IMG/VR virus record: IMGVR_UViG_3300034418_007342
Coordinates: 1 to 64,000 of that record
Strand: one strand, 5' to 3'
Source: an uncultured virus (IMG/VR IMGVR_UViG_3300034418_007342)
Taxonomy: Duplodnaviria > Heunggongvirae > Uroviricota > Caudoviricetes
Length of the DNA stretch: 64,000 nt
Below the pieces are notes generated by a model. The model saw only the letters and a program-made list of their open reading frames with translations, was not told the origin of the DNA and did not search any database. How positions within the stretch are numbered: position 1 is the stretch's first letter; the number at the start of each line of letters is the position of its first letter. Below are positions 10,095-22,100 of this stretch, piece by piece. Position numbers and translations under genes: made by a program.

Positions 10095-12251
10095 ATGGCG
10101 CAACTACCTTATCAGAATAATAAGAAAAAACCAGAATGGAGTGAAAGTTCAAGCAGTATTTTCACTCCAACTATCGGTATCTACAAAGGTCTGGTTAAAA
10201 AACTAGACAACGGAACACGTAGTGGGCGCCTGTATGTATATGTTGAAGATCTAAGCACTGCCACTAGCAACGATCCCAGCGGTTGGATTCTAGTAGATTA
10301 TGCTAGTCCATTTATGGGCAGAACATTAGGTCCTGCACAAAAAGGCGCAGTGACCAATACTACAAATACTTTCTTTACAACACAACAGAGTTATGGTTTC
10401 TTTATGACTCCACCGGACATTGGAAATTATGTGCTTTGTTGTTTTCCGGGCGGCAATAACCAAAGTGGTTATTGGTTTGCTTGTGTAAGTAACAGTCTTA
10501 GTAAACAAATGATACCCAGTATCGGTGGCCTGCCTTTAAGCAGAATTGATCCTGCCAGCGTCCCTCCAAATTTTTCAAGTTATCTCAGGCCAGGCCAAAT
10601 CTATCCTGTAGGAGAATTTAATGAAAACACGCAACAAGTGTTTACATCTAACTGGGCTACTGCTACTCTTAAACCTCTACATATTCCACAGTTTACCAGA
10701 CTACTAACACAGGGCCTAGATACAGACGCAAACGGAAGAGGAGTAATTAGCAGTAGTATACAACGTGACCCAGTAAGCGGAGTTTTTGGTTTTAGTACTC
10801 CTGGCAGACCTACAAACGATCCTGCAAGTGATCCAGATTTAAATGTAAAATTAGCATCGGGTGAAATAGATCCTGTAAACTTTGTTGCAAGTAATAGAGT
10901 GGGTGGTCACAGTCTCACAATGGATGACGGTGATTTATACGGCAACAATAACGTTGTAAAACTAAGAACTAGTGCTGGCCACCAAATATTCATGAATGAC
11001 ACAGATGGATTCATGTATATTGCCAACAGTAATGGTACTGCCTGGGTTGAACTTACTAAAGAAGGAGATGTTCTAGTTTACGGGCAGCGTGATATCAGTA
11101 TTCGTAGCCGAGGTAACTTAATGATGCACAGTGACCGTAGCATTATGATGAATGCTCGCGGCGCCATAGACTTAAAAAGTCAAGCACTGAGAGTAGAAAA
11201 CACAGCAACAATTATAAACTCAGAACAGGCAATTCAAAATTACGCTCAACAAATTTCGATAAATGGAACCAGCGGAGTAAGCGTTTATGGTAGCAAAGCC
11301 AGTATTACAGGTCTGGGTGGCTTGAGTCTGACAGGATTTCCTATTAGTATGAATAGTGGGACACCAGGCCAGCCACCACAAGCACCTAAAACGTTAAATC
11401 AATATCAACTACCAGATACTAGTTTTGTCCAAGGCCAAGGATGGGCAGCAGTTGATGGAGTGCTTCCATCAATTGCATACAGAGTTCCTACACATGAACC
11501 TTATGTTAGAGGAAATGTTGCAGCACTAATCCAACAACAAGAAGAAATATTTTCTGGAGGTACTGCTACTGTAGACGGAAATCAGGAAAATCAGATTAAA
11601 TCGGTGAGTAGAGCAAACCTTAAACCCGGTATAGATGCTGCAAATATTTTAGGAATATCACAAGGTTCAGCAGCACCCACGGCAAATTATATTACTCAGC
11701 CTTCTACATTGTCATTGGGCGATTTAAATAGCACTCAACTGAGAGCATATTCTGCGCAGGTAGGATATAATGCCAGCGGATCAGCATACGATGCTTACGA
11801 CAGTCAAGGTCGCTTAGGGAAATATCAGATATCCCCTCAAGAATTAGTTAACCAAGGCTTTTTAAAACCCGATACTCCAAGAACCTTGGACGGAGTTAAT
11901 AACCCTAATAACTGGACAGGTAAATTCGGTACAACAAGTGCTAATACTTTTTTCCAAAATACGCCATTACAGGATGCTGTAATGTACCAATATACTCAAA
12001 GCAACTATTCTAAATTACAAAATATAGGCTTGATTGATTCCAGCAGTTCCTCAGATGAGATTGCTGGATTATTAAGTGCTTCTCATTTTAGCAACCCAGA
12101 AACTGTTTCAGTATGGGCAACTAAAAATCAAGATTTATCAAACACAATTGCTAAAAATTACAATAATGGAAGATATAGTCAGACACAGGTTACTGTTTTA
12201 GAAGCCAGCGACCGAAGCAAACAAATTGCTTCGACCACTCCAACAGCGTAA
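10095..12251 (+). CDS. Baseplate central spike (gp5/VgrG-like) with C-terminal lysozyme-like domain
   Basis: N-terminal OB-fold (GRLYVY..., SYGFFMTPPDIG), beta-helix (LRTSAGHQIFMND, GTAWVEL), PTHEPY, and C-terminal LGKYQ...LQD...GLLSASH. Confidence 0.8.
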   Translation: MAQLPYQNNKKKPEWSESSSSIFTPTIGIYKGLVKKLDNGTRSGRLYVYVEDLSTATSNDPSGWILVDYASPFMGRTLGPAQKGAVTNTTNTFFTTQQSYGFFMTPPDIGNYVLCCFPGGNNQSGYWFACVSNSLSKQMIPSIGGLPLSRIDPASVPPNFSSYLRPGQIYPVGEFNENTQQVFTSNWATATLKPLHIPQFTRLLTQGLDTDANGRGVISSSIQRDPVSGVFGFSTPGRPTNDPASDPDLNVKLASGEIDPVNFVASNRVGGHSLTMDDGDLYGNNNVVKLRTSAGHQIFMNDTDGFMYIANSNGTAWVELTKEGDVLVYGQRDISIRSRGNLMMHSDRSIMMNARGAIDLKSQALRVENTATIINSEQAIQNYAQQISINGTSGVSVYGSKASITGLGGLSLTGFPISMNSGTPGQPPQAPKTLNQYQLPDTSFVQGQGWAAVDGVLPSIAYRVPTHEPYVRGNVAALIQQQEEIFSGGTATVDGNQENQIKSVSRANLKPGIDAANILGISQGSAAPTANYITQPSTLSLGDLNSTQLRAYSAQVGYNASGSAYDAYDSQGRLGKYQISPQELVNQGFLKPDTPRTLDGVNNPNNWTGKFGTTSANTFFQNTPLQDAVMYQYTQSNYSKLQNIGLIDSSSSSDEIAGLLSASHFSNPETVSVWATKNQDLSNTIAKNYNNGRYSQTQVTVLEASDRSKQIASTTPTA

Positions 12252-12260
12252 TAATCTCGA

Positions 12261-12266
12261 TAAATA
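12261..12266 (+). promoter_or_regulatory. Late promoter motif TAAATA
   Basis: GATAAATA ends 5 nt before ATG 12272. Confidence 0.6.
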
Positions 12267-12271
12267 TTCAT

Positions 12272-12652
12272 ATGCCTATTCTATACAAAGGATTTAGTAC
12301 AGTTGGTCGAAAAAAACATTTTCGCTTGACAGACTTTGAACTTGTAAAACAGGACCTTACAAACTATTTTAATATTCGTAAGGGTGAAAAACTGTCTAAT
12401 CCTGATTTTGGAACTGTAATTTGGGACACTATCTTCGAACCATTAAATGAAGATACAAAAGCCGTAATAATGCAGGATATAAAACGTATTATCGGATATG
12501 ATCCCAGAGTAGCAGCACAGAATGTCATTGTTACTGAATATGATAGAGGCATTCAAATTGAAATAGAATTAATTTATGTGCAGACAAATCAAGTCAGCAC
12601 TTTACAACTGCAATTTGACGAACAAAGCAGAACTGCTTATCAGTTCCAATAA
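12272..12652 (+). CDS. Baseplate wedge/sheath initiator (T4 gp25-like)
   Basis: LVKQDL..F.IRKGEK..PDFGT.IW...FEP and YDPRV motifs. Confidence 0.88.
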   Translation: MPILYKGFSTVGRKKHFRLTDFELVKQDLTNYFNIRKGEKLSNPDFGTVIWDTIFEPLNEDTKAVIMQDIKRIIGYDPRVAAQNVIVTEYDRGIQIEIELIYVQTNQVSTLQLQFDEQSRTAYQFQ

Positions 12653-12674
12653 AACCCCGGTTTTTCCAACCAGA

Positions 12675-12680
12675 TAAATA
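12675..12680 (+). promoter_or_regulatory. Late promoter motif TAAATA
   Basis: GATAAATA upstream of ATG 12698, just after a small AAAACC-CC-GGTTTT hairpin. Confidence 0.65.
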
Positions 12681-12697
12681 TCTAAAACGGAACAAGT

Positions 12698-15600
12698 ATG
12701 GCCACTACCACGAGACAAAGCAGTTTATTAGTCAATCAAGATTGGACTAAGTTGTATGAAAGTTTCAGAGCAGCAGACTTTCAAGCCTATGATTTTCAGA
12801 CCTTACGCAAAGCCATGCTGGACTACTTGCGTTTGTATTACCCAGAAGATTTCAACGATTATACAGAAAGCAGTGAATATATTGCCCTTGTTGATCTTAT
12901 TGCTTTTATGGGCCAAAGTCTTGCATTCCGCACAGATTTAAATGCCCGTGAAAACTTCATTGACACTGCTGAACGCAGAGATAGCATTTTAAAACTAGCC
13001 CGCCTTATTAGTTACGTTCCAAAACGTAATCAAACTGCCACAGGATATTTAAAGTTTGATAGCATCCAAACTACAGAATCTCTATTTGATAGTAGCGGCC
13101 TGGATATTAGTAATTCGGTAATTGCTTGGAATGACAGCACAAATCCTAATTGGTACGAACAATTTGTTACGATTTTAAACGCTGCTATGCCCACAAGTCA
13201 AAGTGTAGGTGAACCATCTAATAGTGCCACAATTGGTGGAATATTAACAGACGAATATAATGTAAACGTGCCAACCAATACTCTTCCTGTTTTTAAATTT
13301 AATGCAACAGTAGAAAATGCAAATTTAGGATTTGAAATTGTTAGTGCAACTAGTGCAAATCGAAGTTACGTATATGAAGCAAGTCCCGCACTAGGTCAGC
13401 CTTTTAATATTCTTTACAGAAATGATAGTTTAGGTAACGCCAGTAACAATACTGGTTTCTTTTTTTACTTCAAACAAGGCAATTTACAAAATCTAGATTT
13501 TAATTTTAACGAAAGTATTCCAAACAATTTAGTTAATATTAATACTAACAACGTTAACAACACAGATGTTTGGTTATACCAACTTAACAATCTAGGTGGG
13601 ATACGTGCCGAATGGAGCAAGGTACCTAGTGTAAATGGGTTTAACATCATTTACAATAATAACGCAGCAAAAACTAGTTTCCAAGTTACTACACGAGTAA
13701 ATGATCAAATTGATTTAGTTTTTGGTGATGGAACATTTAGTGCTATCCCAACTGGAAGATTTAGAACATATTTTAGAACCAGCAGTGGATTAGAATATAA
13801 AATTACACCCAACAATTTAAGAAGTATCAATATATCTATTCCATACGTAAGCCGCAAAGGTAGATTAGAAACATTAACTGTTGTTGCAAGTTTAAAATAT
13901 ACTGTAGCAAATGCAGTTGCAAGAGAAAGCAACACAGAGATTAAAACAAAAGCACCACAACAGTACTATACACAAAATCGTATGGTAACTGGGGAAGATT
14001 ATAACATTTTTCCTTACACAAATTACAGCACCATAAGCAAAGTAAAAGCAGTAAACCGTAGTAGCAGTGGTGTTAGTAGGTATTTGGATGTGTTAGATAG
14101 CACAGGCAGGTATAGTAGCACAAATATTTTTGCTGATGATGGTGTGTTATACCGAGAAGAAAGTACAAACAGTTTTGATTTTACCTGGAGTACAACTTCC
14201 GATATTAATCGAATTATTCAAAATAATATTCTACCTATTATCAGAGGAAAACCTTTATTACACTTTTATTATGACAAATTTTTAAGGTTCGGCCTTACTA
14301 GTTATTATTGGAAACGCAGCACAGTAGGATCGGGATCCAGTACAGGATATTTTGTAACTGCATCTGGTGGCTCAATTGCTGCTCAGGTAGGTGCAGGAAC
14401 AACAGGCAATCCTTCATATGTAACTGAAAATAGCATTGTAATTTTTAGTCCAGGTGCAGGAAATTATTTTAATGCAGAAAACTATATTACTCCTATACCT
14501 GCTTCGGGCGTAATTCCTCAAAACGGCCGTACCGAACTTTATGTTACTATTACACGCCTAATAGGAAATGGCACACAAGGTAATTTAAGTGATGGATCTG
14601 GACCTATTGCGTTAAGTCAAAATGTTCCAAATAACGCACAGGCGATCACAGTTATTCCTGCGTTTAGCAATAGTTTTAGCGCCTCATTGATAGCCAGATT
14701 AATTCAACTGATTTCTTCATATAGCGAATTTGGAATTAGGTACGATCAAGAATTGCAAGCATACGCAATTGTTTCTGCACAAGATATAGACGCCGCCAGC
14801 GAATTTAGCCAAACAAACCAAGGTAGTGAACTAGGTATTAACAATGACAGTAGTTGGATAATGAACTTTACATTGAACGCTACGACTTATAGTGTACAAA
14901 CCCGTCAACTTAGTTATATCTTTCAAAGTGTAAGTGAAACTAAATTTTATTTTGATGATAGTTTTAAAATATTTGACTCAACTACAGGATTAACTGTGAA
15001 TGACAATGTCAATGTACTAAAAGTTAACGGAAACCCTGATACAGGAGCACCTTATACCAATAACTATCCATGGTATATCTATGGACAGATTGCAGAAAGT
15101 GATGGCTATGTTGACAATAGTAAAGCATTAATTACTTTTTCAGACTTTGATGATGATGGAGTCCCAGACGATCCCGATATTTTTAATACTATTGTTCAGC
15201 CCGACACAGACCCATTGGAAAAATTTATCTACTTACAAAAAGTTTACGGATACGAAAGTTTTGTTACTTACAATATATTAGATAAATCCTTGGTAGATTC
15301 GGGGTACGCAACTGAAGATGATATTTTACCTAATGTTAACAATTATCCTTTGGGACAAATTTTCTATGCAACAACTGAAGAAAACTTTTACGTATTGGGC
15401 GGCACAAATACAAATAGAACACTGACTTTATCTAACGATTATTTGGCACGAACTGGAAGACAAGGTTTGTATTTTCAATATAGACACAACGCACCAGCAA
15501 CAAGAAGGCTTGATCCAAGCCCAAATAATTTAATTGATCTTTACATCTTAACTAAAGAATACGAAAATCAATATAGAACTTGGGCTTTGGATACAACAGG

Positions 15601-16108
15601 AACCGCCACTGAACCTGATGAACCAGATAGTGAGACATTACGATTATCTTTTCAAGACTTAGAAAATTATAAATCTGTCAGCGATGCAATCATTTATAAT
15701 AATGCTCAATTTAAACCATTGTTTGGATCTAAGGCAAGACCAGAACTGCAAGCAACCTTTAAAGTAATTAAAAATCCTAACCTTAATCTTAGCGACAGTG
15801 AGATAAAAAGTCAGGTACTAACAAGTATTAATAATTATTTTGCTGTAAACAACTGGGACTTTGGTGAAACTTTCTATTTCACTGAGTTAGCAACATATAT
15901 TCAACAAGGACTTGCTCCTGCTATTAACAGTATAATCATTGTACCAAATAGTGATAGTCAGACTTACGGAAGTTTGCAACAAATTAGTAGCCAAGCAAAT
16001 GAAATTTTAATTAGTGTTGCTACTGCACAGAATATAGAAATAATCACTAGTATTACTGCTGCTCAACTCAACCTCGAAAATCAAGCGGTAAATACTATTA
16101 TTAATTAA
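12698..16108 (+). CDS. Baseplate wedge subunit (T4 gp6-like), extended form
   Basis: DFQTLRKAM..YL, DFNDYTESSE, ARENFIDTAERRDS, FGDGTF and QNRMVTGEDY motifs. Follows the gp25-like gene. Confidence 0.85.
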   Translation: MATTTRQSSLLVNQDWTKLYESFRAADFQAYDFQTLRKAMLDYLRLYYPEDFNDYTESSEYIALVDLIAFMGQSLAFRTDLNARENFIDTAERRDSILKLARLISYVPKRNQTATGYLKFDSIQTTESLFDSSGLDISNSVIAWNDSTNPNWYEQFVTILNAAMPTSQSVGEPSNSATIGGILTDEYNVNVPTNTLPVFKFNATVENANLGFEIVSATSANRSYVYEASPALGQPFNILYRNDSLGNASNNTGFFFYFKQGNLQNLDFNFNESIPNNLVNINTNNVNNTDVWLYQLNNLGGIRAEWSKVPSVNGFNIIYNNNAAKTSFQVTTRVNDQIDLVFGDGTFSAIPTGRFRTYFRTSSGLEYKITPNNLRSINISIPYVSRKGRLETLTVVASLKYTVANAVARESNTEIKTKAPQQYYTQNRMVTGEDYNIFPYTNYSTISKVKAVNRSSSGVSRYLDVLDSTGRYSSTNIFADDGVLYREESTNSFDFTWSTTSDINRIIQNNILPIIRGKPLLHFYYDKFLRFGLTSYYWKRSTVGSGSSTGYFVTASGGSIAAQVGAGTTGNPSYVTENSIVIFSPGAGNYFNAENYITPIPASGVIPQNGRTELYVTITRLIGNGTQGNLSDGSGPIALSQNVPNNAQAITVIPAFSNSFSASLIARLIQLISSYSEFGIRYDQELQAYAIVSAQDIDAASEFSQTNQGSELGINNDSSWIMNFTLNATTYSVQTRQLSYIFQSVSETKFYFDDSFKIFDSTTGLTVNDNVNVLKVNGNPDTGAPYTNNYPWYIYGQIAESDGYVDNSKALITFSDFDDDGVPDDPDIFNTIVQPDTDPLEKFIYLQKVYGYESFVTYNILDKSLVDSGYATEDDILPNVNNYPLGQIFYATTEENFYVLGGTNTNRTLTLSNDYLARTGRQGLYFQYRHNAPATRRLDPSPNNLIDLYILTKEYENQYRTWALDTTGTATEPDEPDSETLRLSFQDLENYKSVSDAIIYNNAQFKPLFGSKARPELQATFKVIKNPNLNLSDSEIKSQVLTSINNYFAVNNWDFGETFYFTELATYIQQGLAPAINSIIIVPNSDSQTYGSLQQISSQANEILISVATAQNIEIITSITAAQLNLENQAVNTIIN
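16089..16094 (+). promoter_or_regulatory. Late promoter motif TAAATA
   Basis: GTAAATA inside the 3' end of the gp6-like gene, upstream of ATG 16117. Confidence 0.5.
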
Positions 16109-16116
16109 AAACTGGC

Positions 16117-19100
16117 ATGGCAATAACTAAAACTTTACCTTTCCTTCCTAGTGTTTTCCAAACCGAGACTAACGATAAGTTTTTAAGCACTACCCTTGAT
16201 CAGTTAGTGACGGAGCCAAATCTCGTTCCTATTAATGGATATGTTGGCAGAAAGTTTACACCAGGTTGGTCTGGAATAGAATCTTACGTAAGAGAACCAA
16301 GTGGGGTTAGAGCAGATTATCAACTTGAACCAACCACAGTTGTTAAAAATGCTGCAGATGCAGACTCTGTTGAATTTTATAACACTTATCCAGAATTGCT
16401 GCAAAAAATTCAAGAACTTGGGGGCAACGTTGCAGATCAAGATAGGTTATTTACTAGTCAATTTTATACATATGATCCTAAAATAGACTATGATAAGTTT
16501 GTAAATTATAGTCAATATTATTGGTTACCTGCCGGCCCTGATTCTGTAACTGTAAGTGCTACTAATATTGCAACTTCAAGGACATATTACGTTTATCCTG
16601 AAGACAACATTAATGTTTACCGATTTAGCAGCGAAAGCAATGTTGGCAATCCTGATATTATTGTTGTAAGAGAAGGAACGTATCAGTTTGTTGTAAATCA
16701 GCCCGGCAAAAAATTCTACATTCAAACAGAACCTGGTTTAAGCGGAAGACAAACAAATAATAATAATTTAAGTTCTAGAGAGATCGAAGGTGTTACTAAC
16801 AACGGTGATGATGTTGGTACAATTACCTTTAATGTTCCTATAAGTACTGCCCAAGACAATTTCTTAAATGCAACAAATGTTGCAGATGTCGGGTTTGTAA
16901 CAAATTTAAAATATAGCCAAATTGACCAACAACTGTTAAGCACAGTTGCTGCATTGGGTGGTATAGATGGTGTAACTGCGAACACATTACTCGATGGCCA
17001 AAGTTTAGTTTTTGGTACTTATTACAGCGACAGTGCAGATTGGGATAGCGGTAGCGGTCCTGTTAGTGCAGGACTACGCTATGGAGTTTGGGATATTACT
17101 TTAACACCAAGTGGCGGAGATTACTTAATTAGTTTAAGTTCAGGAACTGCCATACCAACAGGTAATAAAGTTACAATTTTAAGTGGTCTAAATTATGGTA
17201 ATACAGAATGGTACAAAAATACATCAGGTTATCTGAGTCAAGTTCCTGTTATTACTGCACCATTTGACACGTTGTATTATCAAGACAGTGAGGATGCAGA
17301 ACAATATGGTCGTATTCAGATCCTTAGTGCAGTAACAAAAACAATAGATGTTAATACAGATATTATTGGTAGAAAAAATTATATTAGTCCAAATAAAATT
17401 ACTTTTACTAACGGACTTAAAATTAAATTCGATAATACCGTAACACCTGAAGTTTACAGAAACAACGAATACTATGTAGAAGGAGTTGGCGATTCAATAA
17501 CTCTTACTCCGGTAGAATGGTTAAGTGTTTTTTATAGTTCTAGCCAAGAAAATTTTAGCCCAGTTGTTCGTTTTGTAGGTACTACAACTTATGCAAATTT
17601 AAATCAATCGAGAACACAACTAAGCATCGAAAGTAATGTTGATCCTTATACTGCAAATATTTCAACAGATTATGCCAGTTCAGGAGAAAACCGAAACAAC
17701 ATTTTCTCCAGCAACTTAAGTTTTCAATTTCCTTACAGAGGTGGGTTTAATACTGTTGGAGATAACGCTGACAATTTATTTCGAACAGGGACAATAGGTA
17801 TGTCTTTGGTAGGAATACCATTTTATGGTCCAACCAATGAAGCATATATAGAAGGTAAAAATGCAACTTCGTGGCACTACAATTCCCCATATGTTAAAAT
17901 TAATGGACAAGATACCTATGGTGGTTATCCTGATTCAAATGGCATTTACCACTACAACGACAGCACGTTCATTACTGCAAATGCTTGGGGAAATGTTGCT
18001 GGCCTGGGTAGCAATCTGTATGTGGAAACTGACGGGCATAGCACACTATTAGGGTATGCTATAGACGGATATCCCATATACGGACCTTACGGGTATTCCA
18101 ATCCTATGGATAAAGATAGCGGCGCAGTATTAATGGTAAGCAGTTATCAAGCAGATGATGGTGCTTCTTATAGGCCTTTATCTAAACTGGTTACTGTTAC
18201 TGCTAACAACACTTCTGGGTCTAATATAACACTAAATTCGACTTTTGAACTTGAGCCCGGCATGAGGCTTACATTTAGTTCTAATGCTAGTATAACAACC
18301 CCAGACGAGTACTGGATTGTTGCTGCCGGCCAACAATCCAGCGTCGGCCTTCCAAATAATAATTTAGGATTAAATCAGATCCAATTAAACAAAGACCTAA
18401 TAATTTATGCAAATACAGACATACAATTTGGCTTTCCTTCTGGTTCATTCATTGAGGATTATACGTACCAAGAAGGATTGGGTTCATTAGATAGGTTTAA
18501 TGGTAGATATTGTGTAACGCCCGACTATCCCAACGGGACCTATGCATACTTCTCGACTCAAGACACAACGGGTGTACCCACATACCCTTATTTTGTCGGA
18601 CAAAATTTCTATGGTAGTTTGGATATTAGTGATATCAATCAATTGACTGAACCAGACTATATTACCATTGATAGATCGAGTAGGGACCAAAATCCGTGGA
18701 GTAGACGCAACCGTTGGTTTCATAAAGAAGTTCTTGCACAAACAGCAAGTTATAACGGAACTTCATTGATTAGTTTAGACACTTATCAAAGAGCACAAAG
18801 ACCTATTGTTGAGTTTATTCCTAATTTACAGTTAACTAACTTTGGCAATCTTGCACTAATACCTGTTGATATTTTTGATACCACGATTACACAACCATTC
18901 AGTGCAGTAGAAGGGGTCACTGGTATTTTCTTAGACGGTGTCAGGATCGTCGATGGTATGCGTATTATTTTTGCCAACGACATTGATCCGTTAACACGAA
19001 ACAGGATTTATGTTGTACGCTATGTTGACCAAGACGGTATTCCTTCAACTGCTCCTATTTTAACACTAAAACTAATCGTAGCCTATGACGGCATCCCTGA

Positions 19101-22100
19101 TCCAGGCGAAACTGTTAGTGTTCTGAATGGTGTTAGTAACGGTGGTAAAAGTTATTGGTTTAACGGTGGCCAGTGGGTAGAAGGTCAGGTAAAGACTGGA
19201 CTTAACGTTGCGCCTTTATTCGACATTTTTGACGAAGATGGTAATAGTTTCACTGATAGGGACATTTATCCGTCAGTGAATACTGCAACAACATTTGACG
19301 GAACAAAACTATTCAGTTATCGAGAAGGAACTGGTACAGATGACAGTGTTCTTGGGTTTCCTTTAAGTTACAGATCACTTAACAATCAAGGTGATATAGA
19401 ATTTGTAAACAACTTTGATGTTGATACTTTTGGTTACACCACAGATGGTGTCACAGAAGTAATAAAAAATATTAGTTTAGGTTATATTCATCGGAACAAT
19501 GTTGATGGTACAACTACTAAATTAACATGTTGGAATACAGTAGTAGAAAACACTAAACAATATCAAATTTTTAGTTATGAATTTGATGGAATAAACAACG
19601 ATTTTAGTTTTGATATTGCGCCAAGTCAAAACACTGCTATTCCTAACCTACAAGTTTTAGTAAACTTTAAAAATCTGCAACAAACACAATATCAGGTAGA
19701 AGTAAGGCCAAATAATCAAAGATCAATTTCTATCAATAATAATCTTTTAAAATCTGGAGATAAGATAGATATTAAAGTTTACAGTACCCAAGTGTCTTCG
19801 CTTGGTTATTTTCAAGTACCTGATAATTTAAATTTCAATGTACAGAACGAAGTAGTTTCTTACCCTACGTTAGGACAAATTAGAAACCATGTAGGAAAAC
19901 TTGTAAGAAGTAGCACACAATTTATAGGCGGGTATCCGGGCACTAGCAACCTTCAAGATTTGAACTTGACAGCATATCCTGGGGAAATACTACAACAAAG
20001 TAGTCCTATTAGTTATGCCAGTATGTTCTTAGTTGACAAAGACTTCAATTTTGTCAATAGCATTTATAATGCACAACAAGAGTATACCAGATTTAAGAAT
20101 AAGTTTTTAAGTATTGCGACCAGCACCAATCAAATTGACTATAACGATCCTGTTTCTGGTGTAAACTACATTCTGAAAGAAATTAACAAAGTAAAAAATG
20201 ATACTTTTCCTTGGTTTTATAGTGATATGGTACCATATGGCGACAATGTTAATGTAATATCCTATACTGTTTTTGATCAATTACAAACCAACTATGAAAT
20301 TACAACAACATTTAGCCTAAGTACACTGAGTAACCAGGCTATACTTGTTTACTTAAATGGTGTTCAGTTACTCAATGGGTATGATTATACTTTCTTAGCA
20401 TCAGGTCCTGGCATTGCTTTAAGTTCTAATCTTTCAAGAAGTGTCGGAGATACATTAAAAATATATGAATATAGAAATACAGACGGAAACTATATTCCAG
20501 AAACACCAACTAAATTAGGCCTTTATCCAAAGTTTAAACCTGAACTAGTGGCAGATAGTACTTATAGAACACCTATCTATGTAATAGTTGGCCACGACGG
20601 CAGCAGAACCCCAGCATTTAATGATTTTAGAGATACCTATCTATTAGAATTAGAAAAAAGAATCTATAATAATATTAAACAGGAATACAACGAAGATCAA
20701 CTAAGCATCTACAACAGCATGCCTGGCAAGTTTAGAACTAATGATTATAGTTTAACAACTTACAATAGAATCATTAGTCGCAGTTTCCTGTATTGGGCAG
20801 GACAAAATAAAGTAGACTATAGCACAAACACAACTTACAACTCGGAAGATCCATTTACTTGGAACTATAGGACGGCTAAAGACAGCGACGGAGTATTTTT
20901 GCCAGGCAGTTGGCGTGCTTGTTACGAGTATTTTTACGATACTGTCAGGCCACACACAAATCCGTGGGAAATGTTGGGATTCAGCGAACGTCCTGATTGG
21001 TGGGTATCTACTTACGGTCCTGCACCTTATACCAGTGGCAACACAATACTATGGACAGACTTAAAGAACGGATACATTGCTGGTGGCAGTAGACAAGGAT
21101 ACGATACAACGTTTGCAAGATCCACATTACTAAGCATTATACCGGTAGATGCCCAAGGAAATCTGCGTAGTCCTATTGAAATACTTACTAACAATTATGA
21201 TATTTCCAATATGGATGAAAATTGGAGTGTAGGCAATTGGGGTCCTGGTGAGTATGCTTGGAGGACTAGTAGTGATTGGCCTTATGCTCAGCAGATAGTT
21301 ATGGCATTGACCAAGCCTGCCCAGTATTTCGCATTAGGGATTCAGAAAAACAAATATGTTTACAGTTCAGTAATCAATCAGTACACTGTAACTGACACAA
21401 ATTATAGACTGACACCATCAGATGTAGATATAAACGGAGACCAAGATGCCGATGGCAGTATTATCCGTTCTGCCGGATATTTAAATTGGATAAACGATTA
21501 TCAAGTCAGTAATGGAGTATTGACAAAAACAAAACTTAATAGGTACTTGCACGATTATAAAATAAATCTTGCTTACAGAATGGCTAGTTTTAGTGATAAG
21601 AAACTGCTAAAAGTTTTAGCGGATCAGAACAGTCCTAGTAGCGTGAATAGTTCAGTTATTATTCCAGATGAAGATTACGAATTAATTTTAGGTAAATCTA
21701 CTCCTTTAAGTAAAATAAAATACAGTGCAGTAGTAATTAAGAAAGTAGCCACTGGATTTGAAATTAACGGATATGATAGATCAAATCCAGTGTTTAACAT
21801 TGTTGCCCCAAATATTGATAACGAATCGGATGTTATAACTGTTCTTGACCGGCAAGTCCAATATTTTACTAAGTTTAGAAATTATCGATTGACGATCCCT
21901 TACGGTACAGTTTTAACAACTATTCAAGACGTTGCTAATTTTATAGCAGGATATGAAAGATTCTTACTATTGCAAGGATTCTCATTTGACTACTTTGATG
22001 AAGATCTGGGACAAATAAGAAATTGGCAATTAAGTACAAAAGAATTTATATTTTGGACTCAACAAGGCTGGCCTGTAAATTCTGTAATAGTTTTAAGTCC

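Noticed and set aside
6011..16108. Bacterial T6SS, eCIS or tailocin locus
   Set aside because: It is embedded with phage recombination, late-sigma and nucleotide-metabolism genes and T4-type late promoters.
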